Below are positions 29,501 to 64,000 of a stretch of DNA of 64,000 nucleotides, in pieces. Numbering within the stretch: the stretch's first letter is position 1; every line of letters begins with the position of its first letter. The notes beneath the pieces were generated by a model, which was not told where the DNA came from, made no database searches, and saw only the letters and a program-made list of their open reading frames with translations. The translations under genes were made by a program, and so were the position numbers. This stretch comes from Catajapyx aquilonaris (Eukaryota). The DNA is taken from contig KZ537965.1 of the NCBI GenBank assembly GCA_000934665.2, positions 124,001 through 188,000 of the forward strand. Direction: 5' to 3'.

Positions 29501-30608
29501 TTATGGAAGTGATGGTATTAAGGTGGATTATTTTACATGGCGCCTGCTTGCTTATGCTATTAGATTTAAGTGGTCTGGGGTTACACCTTGTAGCCTTCCC
29601 CTCCTCCCACCACCCCCCCCCCCACCTCAACGACAGGCCCTTGCGAAATCTAGGTAGTTGCCAACCTAAGATCGATTTATATAAAAGGGGGCAAACTCCA
29701 TTCCGAATTTGCACCTCTTGTCGGCACCGTCTTCCGCTTCATTTGCATCCGGAGATTTATTCTCGTGGACGGGGTCCCGGACAATCCGATTGCCTTTGTT
29801 TGGCGCCATCTTTTAATCTCTTCTCATCTGGGCAATCAATTTTGTGTGCGGCGAGGCCTGGCGTCTGCTGGTGTTTGCAAGTGGGGGAGGGAGGCGAGAG
29901 ACTGAAGCTAATCGGACCAAGTTGTAAGCCCTGTCACCCACTGCGAATACAACCCTATAAGGTAGAGAGGTAACATGGTGGTCACAATTTTCGCTGCGAA
30001 TAGCCACGTGCTTCCAGTGTTGTAAAGCGAGCGATGGTAGCAGAAATTGGCAATAGCTGTTGGACCCTGGATGTCAATCATGGACACGGCCAAAGAGGGA
30101 AAAGGTGAACCTTTAGCAATCCATAAATCAAACGTCGCAGCATCCGCAGGCTTCCAAGGAAGGCAATTTCCTGCTTTTATTCCCAATTTCCGCGACGGCC
30201 CACGGAAACGGGTTTCTCCCCCCCCCCCTCCCTCATCCCTACCCCCCCGATACAAAATCCGGAGGGTCCGTTCCGGGGAGAATAAGGCCTGGGACTCGTG
30301 CCGATTCTATACTAGAGCAGAGAGAGGCTGCCTACTCCTTTCCCATCTGTTCCCCTTTCACCCAGATGTCACTAATCATAAAGCTCAGTTATGAACACGG
30401 GTCTGGAGAAACCGGGTGGGGGAGGGGATATGTGTAATCTTCTCCGGAGCGAATCTCCGATGGCTCAACCTTCCGGGGGGGAACGTTATGTCAGAGAAAC
30501 GGGGAACGTAAAGGTTCCACACACGCCTTACTATCCCATTCACTACCAACGGCTGCTACTTTTTTTTCCTTTTCGTCGGAGGGTTCGTTTTTCGCCTTTC
30601 GCATGAAC

Positions 30609-31000
30609 ATATCGCAAATTCGACATATCGATATGTATCGATATATTAAAATGTGTGATTATTCTATTAAAATGTGATAATTCGATATATCGAAATGACT
30701 GATTCGATGTGTCGAAATGCACTGATTCTATATAAGCATCGATATGTATTTATTCGATAAGGCAATATATCGATATAAACTGATTCGACATGTCGATATA
30801 TCGATATAAACTGATTCGATATGTCGATATATCGATATAAACTGATTCGATATGTCGAAATTTACTGCGTCGATACCCGCATCGATATGTACTGCGTCGA
30901 TATGTACTGCGTCGATATGTACTGAGTCGATATGTCAATAGGATCGATATGTACTGATTCGATATCCGTATCGATATGATCGATATACGTGTCGATATGT
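30609..31000. repeat. TCGATAT-based composite repeat (31-bp unit x3 at about 30770-30858; 15-bp unit at about 30863-30935)
   Basis: Directly visible; six perfect TATCGATA octamers at 30626, 30636, 30768, 30799, 30830 and 30969. Confidence 0.9.
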
Positions 31001-31697
31001 ACTGTTCAAGCAAATCTATTTGATAATAATTTTGCTCTAACATTAGATGAAAATGTTTCAAGTATGCGGTTTGACTAATGCTCTTTCACAGTGCGGCACA
31101 AGTTTCACCCCCCAATCTTGCAATGCAAAACGTAGCCCCCCCTGTCCACCCTGAACCTAAAAAAAAGAAGTGCACTTTGCAGTATTTGCATACCCGGTGG
31201 GGTATCACTTGAACCAGAATTTCCACCGTTCTCTCTTAATCCCCCTGCGAGGAATAAATTTGCGATGACACAGCAGAGCCCTGCAGGTTAAAATTCTACG
31301 CTCGGGGCCCACCCACCAAAGAAACTGGGGGGCTAAAATCCGGGCATTGGTATGACCTACTTGTTCATTTGCAGGTGAACGCGGCCCGGATCGTGCTTTG
31401 CTAGTCATCTTCACAGCGGGGTGAGGCAAAAAGCCTCCAAACTCTAGATAAAGATTTTGGTATAGCAAAATCTCTCTCCTCCTTCATTAACCCTTGGAAT
31501 ATCAAGTCACTTCCAGACACATTTGCGCCTTTACTATTATGTAACATAACATATGACAAAAAAATGTGGCCATTGTCAGCACTCGGTCAAGGTGAAAGTT
31601 AAGCAATTTTTCAAACCTTGTGGCGGGGGGTCAACGATACCCCATCAAGCATAGAATGACCTTTTTCTTTAATTCTATTTTTGTCTCGTTTTTTCAG

Positions 31698-63910
<32,213 letters not shown>

Positions 63911-64000
63911 AGACACATTGAAAGAGCCTAAGACTCTCTGGTGAGAAAAAAAAAATAATGGAAGCAATATTGATCTCTCTTCTCAAACACAGCACTTAAC

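Noticed and set aside
29512..29610. Hydrophobic peptide MVLRWIILHGACLLMLLDLSGLG as another signal-peptide exon
   Set aside because: No convincing phase-2 donor, and splicing to 31698 would start the protein in mid-FN3.
30750..31061. Minus-strand ORF with STYRR repeats
   Set aside because: Translation of the TCGATAT repeat array; no coding signature.
63911..64000. Polyadenylation signal for Ptp99A
   Set aside because: No AATAAA in the 90 nt after the stop; the 3'UTR probably continues beyond the window.

Overview
Eukaryotic (arthropod-like) genomic DNA. It is dominated by one large + strand gene, the receptor protein-tyrosine phosphatase Ptp99A (RPTP gamma/zeta-type). I reconstructed 14 phase-consistent coding exons from 31698 to the TAA at 63910 (3280 nt, about 1092 complete codons). 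They encode the second half of one FN3 domain, three further FN3 domains, a transmembrane helix, a D1 phosphatase with intact catalytic motifs (KNRY, WPD, HCSAGVGRTG, Q-loop) and a D2 domain with Cys replaced by Asp. I found no upstream exon in 1-31697, so that stretch is probably one long intron and the N-terminus lies left of the window. The main finding is a candidate internal alternative first exon at 57397-57478. It encodes a signal-peptide-like sequence and splices in phase onto the third FN3 exon, predicting a 958-aa two-FN3 isoform from an internal promoter. Other features are a GC-AG intron in the D1-D2 linker, a TA-flanked Tc2-like MITE, probable decayed P-element-like and RTE-like relics, a TATCGATA/CGATA-rich array, several minisatellites and many long G/C tracts. 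Nearly all other ORFs in the supplied track look like intronic noise. No rRNA, tRNA or CRISPR was seen.
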